Assembly (NCBI GenBank): GCA_964035545.1
Contig: OZ037766.1
Coordinates: forward strand, 2,294,001-2,358,000
Direction of reading: 5' to 3'
DNA length: 64,000 nucleotides
Source: Bugula neritina
Lineage: Eukaryota > Animalia > Bryozoa
Part shown: in pieces, positions 11,842-24,974 of the stretch
Layout of the letters: each line of letters begins with the position of its first letter
Numbering within the stretch: position 1 is the first letter of the stretch
Translations under genes and position numbers: made by a program
The notes under the pieces: generated by a model
What the model was told of the DNA's origin: nothing
Seen by the model: only the letters and a program-made list of their open reading frames with translations
Databases searched by the model: none

Positions 11842-14482
11842 TAATACATTCGTGGGTATTAATGAGACTTTATAGAAACTCTATGAAAAAATGTGTCGTA
11901 TAGTTTTACGGGTTTTGTATAATTTATAATTTTTCCTGAATTGCATATTATATCACGAATGGTAGAACTGCTAAAATGGGTCAAAGCTATGCTGACCCTC
12001 AGTTTATAAGCAGAATAAACAGGAGACCAGCTGCTTAAGGGTGGAGCTTTGTTATTAAAAATGAAGGACTTCAATTGAGTATAAGTGTCTAGCTTACATA
12101 CATGGAAGTCTCAATGAGTACAGCTAAATGTATAGCAGCTTTTAATCTAAGAAATGAAGAGTTGTAGCGACCAGCATTAAATTAAGTTAAATAAAAATAG
12201 AAAATGCAAAGAAAGCATATATAATGGTCTCAGGGTTATATGCTTATTGTTTACTATTGGACTCTGTATTGTCCAATTGACATTTATTCACCAGAAAGCA
12301 TATTATTAGTAAGAAGTAAGGAAAGCAAGTGAAAAGTTGGCTATTATTTTAAATACATTATATTAGCCATTGTAGCTATCAGCATATTATTAGCAATCAA
12401 TACGACAGTTATATTTACATTAATTATTATTGTACCAAAATGAAAAATAGGGTCTAAATGGGAAGCGTCTATAACTGGGATGAAACCATGAATATCAGTT
12501 TTGTTCTAGCTTAACAAAGGTGAAGCATGCTGAGAAATTACTGCACCACGAAATGCTTGTTTAGAGGAAAAGACTTGAGTTATAGAATGGTACATAGTTT
12601 TTTGAAAATCTACTGTGATTTGTCATAAATCAATTTACAGTAATAAACTTTTACGGTTCAATAACATTGACTGAATAAAATTAATGTTTTACTAAAACTT
12701 GAGAAGATGGATTGTGAAATAGTATTGAGAAAATTATATTTTTAATGTGGAAATATTTATGTCATGGGTGTCGTTGTGTATATGCAAATCAACATAATGT
12801 TTTATTGCAAAATTTCAATATAGAAGAGAAACTTTAATTATGATCAAATTCAATCTGAAAATACCATTTGAATGCAGCTTTTAAAAACATAATCATCAGC
12901 AATCATAGTAGCCTTTCTGTTGCGTGTAAAATAACTGAATGTAAAAGAGAAAATACAATCTACTATATAGTTCCTAATTTATGCATTCCTGTAATAATGA
13001 TTTACTTAGAGTTATGAGTAGCTGACCGGTCTGGGTCTTGACAGAGTGTATGATTGGCTCTAATGCAACTTCATCACTGTCCCTTCATTTACTCTTTATT
13101 TATACTCTATTAGAAGCTAGACGCAGCTATATATACACTGCAAAAGAAAAGCTAAAACCTCTAATTACAATTACCTGGTATATAGAAACTTTGGTAAAAC
13201 ATTATATTTTATGTAAAATAATCTCTTGGGTAAAGCTACGTATAAAAGGAAAATTACTTTTTATTAACTATCATAAACACTATTGATTTTTAGATTCGTG
13301 TGTTATTGATTGATAAATTTCAATCATAATTTTATTAGAGAAGAAATTTGTTCGCTATATTATTTGAATTGTCTAATTGCTATAATATGAGTCATTGGGA
13401 ACATATTAATACGAATATGAAGAAAGCATGTAGAGAATGTCATAGGATTTAAATTGTTTGTGGCTACATAAGCATTCCTCTATTGCTGTTTACTTCAGCA
13501 CAGTATTACAGTGTTGGCAATAAAGTTATAATTGAATATAAATTATATTCACAAAATGTATTAGTTTATGGTGCAACATATTATTGCTTTTCAAGTTGGG
13601 AAAACTTCATTATTAGCTGATGGTGCGTGATCATCTTTATATTTTAAACAGTTATATTTAAGTATTAGTCAATGACCCAAGGACATATTATTTAAACATA
13701 AAGTTATGTAAAATGCTAGATTTATTAACATACATGTTAAGTGATTTTGAAGCATTAATTAATGTTCTATCATTTCACTATATATATGTTTAGGTTATGT
13801 AAGCAAATAAATCAATGTTTTTAATAGATAATGCCATTATATAGTTCAACTTACCTAATAATGTTTATTTATGGTTCATTAATGTTTACATTAAGGTTTG
13901 GCTATTATAGTGTACGCTGCATTGCACTAAGAAGTTTTTGGCTGTATGTTTAAATCTTGCAAGCATATATAACACTGATCACCATGGTTACCAAACTTTG
14001 TCAGCGTGATCTTGTGATTGTATTATAGCCTAATTGTTAATATAATATTTAGGATGTTTTTATTTACTTGTTATAGTTTTGCAGAGTAATGAGAATGGTT
14101 TTGCTGCAATTAGAAATAACTGTAACAACATTATTTATATATACCCCCTAGAACAAGACAATGCGCAACACAAAATTGTTCTAGCAATTGCTCTGGTTCT
14201 AGCTTACTCTTTGAACATTTTTGCAAACTCAATGAAGAGTTTTCTACCCTGAGCTAAATACCATTCAGTGCTTTAAATATTTATAAAAAGTATGATGTAT
14301 TCTAATGCACAGATTGAAAAAAAGATAGTTTATATATTTTCACCGGTAAACACAAAATTTGGTAAAATCTACAGAAATGAAGAACGAATTGGCAACAGAC
14401 TGACTTAAGCCTCTCTTTCAGAGCCTTACTTTGCAGGTTTGCAGTACTGACTATATAGCCTTACTATATGGTAATGAATTAT

Positions 14483-14743
<261 letters not shown>

Positions 14744-15376
14744 TAATCACGTCAAATATGTTAGATTTGCTACCATATAACATTGTCTCAGTATATAATC
14801 TGTAAATAAAATGGTGAGACCATATTTCTCACGCCACAGTGCTAGAAAAATTAAAACGGAGTTGCATTTATAATAGGCACTGTTGCTAAAACATCAAACA
14901 TATTAAAACATTAATGTCATTGTGAACAAGCCTATTTGTGTATACATGCATTAGCCCTTTTGTCCCTTTAGTTTTTGTCCAATACGTTTATTGTTTTATG
15001 TGCTTAACTGCAATTTGTCTTTTTCCCAGGTGATCTATATAGTTCCTGTGCATACTTTTCTCTAATTTATCTCCGGTCACAAAATTTTTTGTTTTATTAG
15101 GTCTAATATATAATAAATATTGCTTAGTGTGCAGCAAGAGTTCAAACTATAATTGCCATGTTTTAATTATGAGTTTCAAATTGCAAGTCAATGACATTAT
15201 GTTAGTTAATTGAGATTTTAAATCCCTGATGGCAATAATATTAAGACTTCATTACCTAAATATTTCCGCTCTATTTCTAATGCATTTGAAACGGAATTGT
15301 ATATGAGAAAATGCAAAGGTATCTGATCGCAATATGCAATAACTTTGCATTTACCTGAAAACACGCAAATCATGCA

Positions 15377-15530
15377 ACACACACAGCACACAGCACACAA
15401 CACACACAGCACACAGCACACACAGCACACAGCACACACAGCACACAGCACACACAGCACACAGCACACACAGCACACACAGCACACACAGCACACAGCA
15501 CACAGCACACACAGCACACACAGCACACAG
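15377..15530. repeat. Compound (CACAG/CACACAG)n satellite
   Basis: Read directly from the sequence. Confidence 0.95.
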
Positions 15531-16436
15531 ATATAAGTTAATTTAAAATTAGTAGTTATAATAACTTAAAATGTCTAAAATAGTATCAATATAATATTCA
15601 AAATAAATGATTGTGCTGTAATTGTAAAACTATGAAAGAATATTATTATATATAAGTTTCACACCAAAAGTTTATCAGCCTATATACCATAATTGCTTTA
15701 AATTGCTGAGCGGTTGTAATTCATTATATGTAGAGTACTCTATTGCCAGTATTTTATCCCAATTCAATAGCATATTATTAAAGGCTGCATTATTTAGTTA
15801 TAATCAAAGCACAAACGTGAAAATGGTAATCAATATAAATAATATAAACATTTTTTAGATAGCTGTTGGTCAAAAACTTTACATTTTGTTAAATATTAAC
15901 TAGAACCATCATTTAAGTTTTAGGACAGAATTCATATTCCTATAATAATGAAACTCTAAGTTCAAATTATTTTTGCAATAATATAAAGTTGTAGAGCTTA
16001 ATTTGAATTTTTTAAATTGAGAGTCTTAAAGAAGTGTCATTGAAGTGGAAGCTACAACATGACATATATCTAAACCTAATTCATCAGTAATTAGACTCAA
16101 TCATTCCATAAGTTTGCTAACTTAAAGTTAATTTTACAGAATATCCTTTTCTACTTCCACAATATTTCTGTCAGACTTTAAGCTGGCAAAGTATTTTGAT
16201 TTTATAGTCACACTTTATCATCTGCAGCCAATAGCTTTGTGAAGTATATTCATAGAATATTTCTGCTATATATTTTTTTAGAACTAATGCTACACTTTAT
16301 ACATTTTTGTGGTGATTTGACCAATTAAAGCTGCAGACAAAAGTTAAGGAAGCAATTAATATAATTATTAAATTAATAATCAGCTGCACGGCCTATCTTA
16401 TTAGCCAATTACAAAACTTATAGAAACTTTGTAGTT

Positions 16437-16504
16437 TATAAAAGCTAAAATTAAGCAGCTGTTTTGTCAGTTTAAGCTTTTGTGCTTGTGTTGTACCCCA
16501 ATAG
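16437..16504 (+). promoter_or_regulatory. G3 core promoter and non-coding exon 1
   Basis: TATAAAAG at 16437-16444, Inr TCAGTT at 16467-16472, donor AG|GTAAGT after 16504, CCAAT at about 16405. Confidence 0.65.
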
Positions 16505-16876
16505 GTAAGTGTTTGTAATATGGTACGATAATTTAAATAATACTTTTTTTGCATAAATATTGAAAAAAAATTGATACCTAAAATAATCATATAGATATAA
16601 AGCATTGATACATAGTATACTAATTTTATCAGCACATATTAACAAATTTATTTTCAAAATGCTGCTAAGGTTTTGAAATATCACAAAATATTTTAAAAAA
16701 TAAAATTGGTAAATCTTGGCTTTAAAAAAGGTTTTGGTAAATTAAACTTTAAAATAATTTTATCGCATAAATTTAGAAGTCTGAAAATTTCTATTTTCTA
16801 GATGCATCACTTATTTTTGTTCAATGAAAATAAAATTTATTTAATGAATGCTATTTTTAGCAGACTGTTTATCACC

Positions 16877-18269
16877 ATGAAGGTAGCCGTAGCCATTTTG
16901 CTGTCGCTGACAGCGTTAGTTTGCTGGTCGGATTGCCTGCAGGGACCTGGAGCAGGATACAAATACCCTAAGGAAATTCACCATGATAAATACCACACTC
17001 TACAGGATCATAAGCAAGGTTATGGGCAAGGTCATAATCAAGGTCATAGGCAAGGTCACAGGCTTTCAAATGTTGTGCAACACAGATTGACAAAACACTA
17101 CAGCGCAGGACACAGAAAACCATTGTGAGTTGCTTCCTCTATCAGTTAGACATTTTATCACAGTGTCAGCTATTTATAGATACCATTACTTCTAAATTTT
17201 TTTAATCTCTAAAAAAATTTTGCTAGTAGGATTACATAACATATCAGATTGCACAACTAATATAAATATGCATGCAATTAGATATATGCGCATAAATTAT
17301 CTGTATTTAAGACTTTGATGCGATTTACGGCATTTTCTCGAAAATTCAAGACACATGCATCTTTCAGCTCGAATATAAAATACAAAAATCAAAAGATAAA
17401 ATTCGGTAATTTTTTGAATTATTACCAAAAAATTTGTAAAGCAGGTTTGGTGTTGGCACAACTAATAGTTGACTAAGATTTCTCATTGCTTCTATATTTT
17501 TATACTTGCTGGTTACTGCTTTTTACCAACAATACATATATATATTATGATTTTAATTAGTTTGATTGTTTGAAGCATTTTGAAAACATAAAATACTTAA
17601 TTTTGGCTAGTAATAAATAAAATTTAGGTTTCACTTTATTTTGTTTCTTTTAACAGTTGGTATGGGAAGACTAGCAGAGGCAGGCCTGTGATTGGTGTAA
17701 CCAAGGACGGTCGACCAATCACAGCAAAGACAGTAGCAGACCGCAGACGTATTGAAAGGCTTTCCCATTTCAGAAGCCAAAGGACTCAACATCTATCCCA
17801 GCAGCTCCGCAGCAACTTACAGAGAAGGAGAATTCAGAGCAGACGGCAAAGAAACCGAATCTTCCACTCAAGACGTCGGGTTCATGGCCGAGTCAGCAGA
17901 TATCACAGATTTTCCAGTTCCAGTTCTATTTCTAGTTCTAGTTCCTCCTCCTCTGATGATGATGATCTGAAACGTGGCTGGAGACAGATCTTTAGAATGG
18001 GAGGAAGGAAACTTGCTTTACTTCCTGGTTCCGGTTCATCCAGCAGCGACAGCTCATTCCACAGCAGCAGCCAATCAAATGAAAGGAACATCTTCAGATA
18101 TAGAAGAGGAGAAGTTATTCTCTTTGGTAAGAATGGTGACGCAAGAAGACAAATTTTCAACATTGGAAGAGGCAGGCTAATGTTGGGAGACTCTAGCAGC
18201 AGCGGCAGCAGCAGCAGCAGCAGCAGCCAATCATTTTCCTTGGAACAGCATCAGATTAGAAGGCACTAA
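16877..18269 (+). CDS. G3: secreted 286-aa low-complexity protein (His/Gln/Gly repeat, Arg-rich block, poly-Ser/Asp, C-terminal triple-repeat domain)
   Basis: Exons 16877-17124 (TT|gtgagt) and 17657-18269 (taacag|T), joined by a phase-2 intron into an 861-nt open frame. Signal peptide MKVAVAILLSLTALVCWSDC. The C-terminal domain is clearly homologous to G5. Confidence 0.88.
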
Positions 18270-21200
18270 TTACTTTGCTACTTTTGTCCTGCATTATTAC
18301 CCTAAAACTATGCCATTATACAGTGTTTCCTGTTGCTAAATTTCTTTTTAATTTGTTATGAATGTCTTTGACTACAGATACTTCTTCTGTAACTGTACCA
18401 AAGCTTAAAAAAGCTACTTATATCACAACTCTACTGCTGTCAGTTAATTTGACAAATTATCTTTGTTGTAGTTTTGCAATTATTATGTTAATTTAGCAGC
18501 ATAGCAAATTAATTTGCTTATATCTTTCTTTACCTTTTCAAACACCTGTGTTTAAATATAACCAATATGCAAATTTATAGGGTGATGGCTGAGAAATAAA
18601 AATATAATTCTGATAAACAAAACAAACATCTCTTATTATTTAATTTGATTTATCCAAATTATCTTTTATAGGTTAGCTCATTTTTTGCAGCAATTTATAA
18701 TTACCCAAAATAAAACATAATGCTGTCAATTGTTTGACTGATTACTGCATTATCTTTCTCATTGCAACCTAAAACTATAAGAGTGTACTCAAGCATCCAA
18801 TTGGCATAATATAATTTTATAGCAGACCTAAAAAAACAGAGCTATATTAAATAAATAGCAAATATATGTTTTTTCTAATATGTGTACGTACCTAAGAATA
18901 ATGTCATTATATTAATATTCTTGAAAAATGTAAATTACTTAAAATGGTTTTGATTTGTTGAAAATTTTATGGTAGCAGCAACGTAATATTATACGGCAAT
19001 GAAAATGATTATATATAATAGCTCGTAATTCATAATGTATAGTTTACTTACTTTGCAACTTGGCTCTAATATATATTATACTGTAATTATGTTTTTCATT
19101 TTAGCAAAAATACTGCCACAATATGCTTTAAAAATTATGGGTTTGAACACATTAGAAAAAAAAATTCATGTAATAATATAAATTGAGTGAATATTAACTA
19201 TAATGGAACCAGTTTAAATATTGATTTGGTGCCCATGCATGCACATATACCAATTGCAGAAGTTTTGAAGCATTTTCATTTAAAATAAATTGACTAACTG
19301 CAGGGTTTTAAGCAAAATATAATTCTGCTAAAATGTATTTGAGAAAGTAACAATTAATTGTCAAATTGCGCTAGATAATTCTACTGTCAGAATCGCATAC
19401 ATTTTATTAACATATATACTGGCAATTTTTGTCTTGTTTTATCAAGAAAGTATTTTATTTTTCAAAGCCTTACACTATATTTATTGTAAACTTGATATTA
19501 TATTAGATAAAGCAAAATAAGTATGTATAACCAAATATTAATTAAAGAGAGTTATTTCAAGTGCAAAGGGTAACAATTGAATTGCTATACATACGCAAAT
19601 TAAGTCAATAATTTAAATAAAACTAAATGAAAGTAGTAAGTCCAACAAATTTCTTAAAATATTTGACAATGTTTTTTTATAACAATATATTATGTTATAT
19701 GCAACAAATGTTACAGAAAAATTTCTCTTCCTGTAAAAAACCCTGATGTTAAAGTTTTGAAGCTTTCTTAACGACAGCACTTTTGAATAACACATGGAAA
19801 AATGCATGTGGCTTCTTGCCTGGCACTACCTGAATATTCCTGCAGCAGAGATCCCCATGACCTAGTAGAGACTCATCAGATTAGATGTTACGTCAGCAAC
19901 AAACCACAGCTCTCCATATAACTATTATCAATTAACAATATCCTTCATGTTTCAACAATCAACAAAAATCGGAAATATAAAATTCTGAATCTCTTTGCAA
20001 GATTATATAGCATATACGCAAAGAAAGATTTATGATTTATTCATTGTGGCTGGTTATATGAATATGATGTGTCAACTTGTGGTGTGTTGGCTCTATAGCA
20101 AGTGATTATTCATAAATAAATTATAGTTACCTCTCCTATGGCGCTATAATAAATTGATAAAAGCCAATAGGTGCCTAATATATTATTATGCATGCCTATA
20201 TTGGTATATTGTTTATATAGCAAAATATATTTGGTGTATTGCATTTAGTTTTAACCTCAATGTACTGTAAAAAATTAATAAATTAGGAACTTTAATTTTA
20301 GGCACATGGTTATACTAGATATCTACAGCTTTCTACTTTGAAAATTTATATTTAGGTTGAATATTTTTTTATAACTTATTTTTTAAATTCTGAACTAAAT
20401 CTCTCAATTTCAGCTGAAAGAAAACATGCTAGCTAGAGAGATGTTATAATAGAATTGTAAAGTTTCGGCATGTCTATAAATTAATTGACTGCAAGCAATT
20501 TTACCAACAACCTGCCAGCTCTGTGGAACTAAGCAAATTCTTTGTTATAACTGTTATGACATGTTTAGCATTATATTAGAAACAGTATGATACTAATTAA
20601 TTGTGATTGAATTAGAAAATACTGAATGAAATAAATAGCTTCTTTTATGCTATTTTTTGTCTGCACTCTACTTTATTAATTTCTAAATACCTGGAAAGAC
20701 AATATTATATTATAATTTAAATATTTCTATAAGTAATATATCAATAAATCTATATAATAATTATAAATAAATTTAGTGGCACGAAATAAGGGAAGCAATT
20801 GCAATCAATGTAAATTATGACTTTTAAACTTTTGCGCTTTGATTTAACCAGCAACTGCCACAAAAAAGTTTTATTTATATTAAATTTAAGTAATTCATTA
20901 TGTTGGCTAGACACACTTATGTCTTTAAGCTCTTCCTTTTTCCTGTCTGGAGCATTGTATGCAGTGAATAGCAAATACTCAAGTTCAGTCATATTATTCC
21001 CACTACTCTTCAGCTGGAATTTTCCCGAAGGATAGTGTGAGAAAATAAAAATTAGAATGCATTTTTGTTTGACAATTCAAATGAATTGTACGAAGCTAAT
21101 ATTAAACTAATACATGTATATTAAAATTTAGTATAACTATTGAGCATGCAACAGAATATACATGTAGTTCAATTACTAGAATTATTGCACCAAAATTTGT

Positions 21201-23109
21201 AAAAAAATGTTAACACAATATTTCAGAAAACAAAAGTAAAAAACCCTGGAATTATATTTATTTGAAAGAATATGTATTATTATAATAAAAGATCAACGGT
21301 AACCACTAGAATATTCCTACTTACTATAAACAGACAAAGATTATTTTATAAGCCTAGAATGAATATGTGTTGGTTTCAAATAAAATATATTAAAGTATAA
21401 TGAACCTGGCCATCTTTGATTATATCTATATATATTACGTTATTTTAGTTAAAAGCCTTTGAGTATTAGAAAGCCTGAAGTAGAAAGAAACCAAGCAAAT
21501 TATTGGTACAACAGCTAAAACTGACAAAATAGTTATTCATTAAATGTATAATGAACTGCACAAAACTATGAATTTTTGTCAAAATATTATTGCTGAATAT
21601 ACTGCTATATGTTAACAAATAACAGTTTGGTGTTTTAGGTAGATTTATTTTGTATTAATTATGATGTTTCTGAATACATTCATGCAGTGCTAATTTAAGT
21701 AATCTAACTGCTCTCCCAGGTAAGAGCCTTTCAACTCACAACTCTAGACTTTATATAGAGCTAAACTAACCTCTTCATAACAAAAGCAACTAAAGAATAA
21801 TTTAAGATAGTTTGCTATATTAGATATTCACCTCATTGCACTTATAGCGGCAACATACCAGTAGCTGTAATAGCATGTTGTATTTTAATTATACTCAAAT
21901 GCTCCTAATTGCTATTGTAAACAAGGCCGAAAAGAAATTTTAAAGCTATAAACACTACAGGTAAACTTTCGGTAGAATTCATTTTTTTCTATAATATATA
22001 ATATACTTGAAAACTAAATTGTATATCTTAGGTAACTTTCCGGTACTAAAAACTCAAATTAGATTCAAAGTTATATAAAAGAGAATCCTGCTTAGTAGAT
22101 GATTCAACAGTGTTATGTAATGCACTAGCCGAAGACTCATTGCAAGCTATATATGTAATAGAATTCAGGAAAATTCAGCTGCAAAACTTTAGATTAGATT
22201 CATTGTGAACAAAGTAGAACTTGTTTCAAATAAACAGTTATTTTGCAACTTTTTACTAATATTATATATAACAATTGGGAAATTATTAAGCATAGTTTTA
22301 TATTAGAATAAGCAAAAATTCTCAGTTCATTAAATATTCATAATTTAAAAGCTGCAGCAAAGACTATTGCTTAAACAGGTGAAGAGGTGAAGGTGAAGAG
22401 TTATAAAGTTTGGTTTATGTTGTTTCAATTTGGAAGCTAAATAATATGATGAATTTATAATGCACATGATAGCTCTTGTAAAATTGGTACTCTAACCATT
22501 GTTGTGTTTATAGTTTTAGTTGTTAGTTTTCAATGACTAAAAAATTACTAATTTAATTAAAAATCTCTGTTTTGTTAATTAATTTTACTAATAACACTTC
22601 CATTTCGGGTACATATAATACTAGCTATGAAGTGTTCAAAAATTATATTTATTTATATTCAGACCACACGAATGTCTATTATTATCATTTTGTAAAAATT
22701 TCTAATTTATGCTAATGCTTCAACAATAGCAGGCACTGTTCTAAATTTAGATCATGGGCATTCTACTCTAGGTGGAAATATTTTAATGCTTGTTAATCTG
22801 CAAAGAGGAACCTTAACATAATTACTGGTTTAATTAGTTTAGTGTTAAATTTTTCTCTAAAATCATGGTTTCTCATTGTCTACAATATATAAAAAATTGA
22901 AATATTTGTGCAATATTGAGCTTTTTTTGCTGTCAATTTATGTTTTTAATTAGCTAAAACAAATTCTGTGTGTAATATCTTTCATTTGATATGATCAAAC
23001 TTCCTGATGCTTCAAATTAGTGTCAATTAAATTTTTGTGGCATCTTTTACTAAGGATTCCTTTGTTCCCTAATGAGTACTATTATCTTTTTTATGAGTAG
23101 AGCTGGTAT

Positions 23110-23186
23110 TATATAAGAGAGAGAAAATTTATAATATTCAGTTACATGCAGTGCTACAGATAGGTTATACAGAAGTTATTATAGAG
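23110..23186 (+). promoter_or_regulatory. G4 core promoter and non-coding exon 1
   Basis: TATATAAG at 23110-23117, Inr TCAGTT with its A at 23140 (30 nt from the TATA start), donor AG|GTAAAT after 23186, acceptor ttttcag at 23500. Confidence 0.7.
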
Positions 23187-23519
23187 GTAAATTATCCAAC
23201 TGTATAATTAATTCAAATTAGATGGTGCATTGCAGAAAAAAATATAATGCTATAGTATAACTAAGTTTTTTTTAATCAACTGAATTATAAAATGTGATAA
23301 GTTAAAAATTTTTTCTTGTTGTAATATTGTATACATAAGACATTTTTAGGGCAACTGATTATATGGATTAGGTATGAAGAATTATTTTGAAGCGCAGCAT
23401 ATAATACTATTTATATAGTAAATTGTTATTATGTTGTTACTCCATTGTTTTATTAATATATTTCAAAGTAGCTAAAGTTGATCTTTGGCTTTATTTTCAG
23501 GTTTAGGTATTGTTTGGCG

Positions 23520-24974
23520 ATGGGCTATTTTTTAACAATGGGTTTGATTATCCTGACATCACTAATGTTGATAGTTTCTGCTTCCTACGCAAGAACCGGC
23601 TCTTACAAAAGTTGGGGCCTATCTCACTACATGCCGAGCGGCACTACTTTGAAGCCAATGAAACCTTTATATCAAAAAACATATTCAGCTGCAGCTTACC
23701 AGCCTGTGACTGCAAAACCGTCTTACAAAACACCATACTATAAACCTCGATACAAGCCCGTAAGACCATACTACAAGACTACAACTAGACGCTATCAAAC
23801 TGTAACTTATACTACACACCGCCCAACAACTACTGTAGCTTTACCACCTGTGCCTACAACCTTCCCACCACCAACCACAACTCTACCACCACCAACTACA
23901 ACTTTTCCACCACCAACTACAACCTTCCCACCACCAACTACAACTTTTCCACCACCAACTACAACCTTCCCACCACCAACAACAACTTTTCCACCACCAA
24001 CTACAACTCTACCACCACCAACTACAACTCTACCACCACCAACTACAACTTTCCCACCACCAACTACAACCTTCCCACCACCAACTACAACCTTTCCACC
24101 ACCAACCACAACTCTACCACCACCAACAACAACTTTCCCACCACCAACTACAACTCTACCACCACCAACTACAACTCTACCACCACCAACTACAACTTTA
24201 CCACCACCAACCACAACTCTACCACCACCAACAACAACTTTCCCACCACCAACTACAACCTTCCCACCACCAACTACAACCTTTCCACCACCAACTACAA
24301 CTTTCCCACCACCAACTACAACCTTCCCACCACCAACTACAACCTTTCCACCACCAACCACAACTCTACCACCACCAACAACAACTTTCCCACCACCAAC
24401 TACCACTCTACCACCACCAACTACCACTCTACCACCATTTACTACAACGAATCTGCCACCAGTTTCCCCTCCAACTCTTCATCCAGTGATATCATCAACT
24501 TTGCCTCCTCGGACAATACTCAGGATTGCACCTCCTCTCATGTAAGTGTCTACAAACTGTTCCTATAAACCTCTAATTAAACTGTAATACCGTCAGCACA
24601 GACCACAGAAACATTGTCTATATTTAATCTATTAGACTATAAAATATTTACTAACAATTGTAACTGAATATATATTAACCAGACAAATAGTTTTATTTTT
24701 TGTTGTTAAAAATTTTGCAAGCACAAAACCTTTTATATACATATAAAATACAAATACTGAAATACTACAAAACCTTTCTTAAAAAACATTATTTTTGTGA
24801 TTCACTAGAGTGGAGCAGCCATTAACACCCCCAAACTCTTTGGAAAGTAGTGAAGAAGACACCAGGCCAAGATCTGTACTCTCTCCCAAACACAGGTTGC
24901 TCAAATCTGACTCATCAGAACTTCTGACAGCTAATTCTGGCTCTACTGGAAGTGGTGCTGACAGTGGAAAGTAA
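23520..24974 (+). CDS. G4: secreted 395-aa protein with a Tyr/Lys/Pro-rich N-domain, a (PPPTTT[F/L])x27 mucin/extensin-like rod and a Ser/acidic C-tail
   Basis: Exons 23520-24541 (AT|gtaagt) and 24809-24974 (cactag|A), phase-2 intron, 1188-nt frame. Signal peptide MGYFLTMGLIILTSLMLIVSA. Tail IVEQPLTPPNSLESSEED...GADSGK*. AATAAA at 25171. Confidence 0.88.
23865..24431 (+). repeat. Coding 21-bp tandem repeat, 27 units (PPPTTTF/L)
   Basis: Unit CCACCACCAACHACAACY followed by a Phe or Leu codon, read directly. Confidence 0.97.

Larger units (their letters stand above)
450..13544. repeat. Tandem segmental duplication: unit A about 450-5945 (G1 plus upstream), unit B about 6271-13544 (G2 plus upstream)
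   Basis: Collinear homology covers the exons, the promoter and upstream blocks (e.g. 4016-4130 vs 11030-11144; 5762-5945 vs 13361-13544). Each unit carries its own insertions. Confidence 0.85.

Noticed and set aside
16382-16395. 14-bp AGCTGCACGGCCTA shared between the G3 promoter and 33422-33435
   Set aside because: A few 14-mer matches are expected by chance in 64 kb, and the second copy is not near a modelled promoter.
20750-21035. 80-aa minus and 72-aa plus ORFs between G3 and G4
   Set aside because: No signal peptide, no recognisable motif and no consistent splice partners.
23807-24427. 206-aa antisense ORF (VVVGGGK/R)n
   Set aside because: Mirror of the G4 coding repeat; no signal peptide or splice support.
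23865-24431. Regular repeat arrays as possible CRISPR or other prokaryotic systems
   Set aside because: No unique spacers and no cas genes; the window is clearly eukaryotic. No tRNA or rRNA genes were recognised either.
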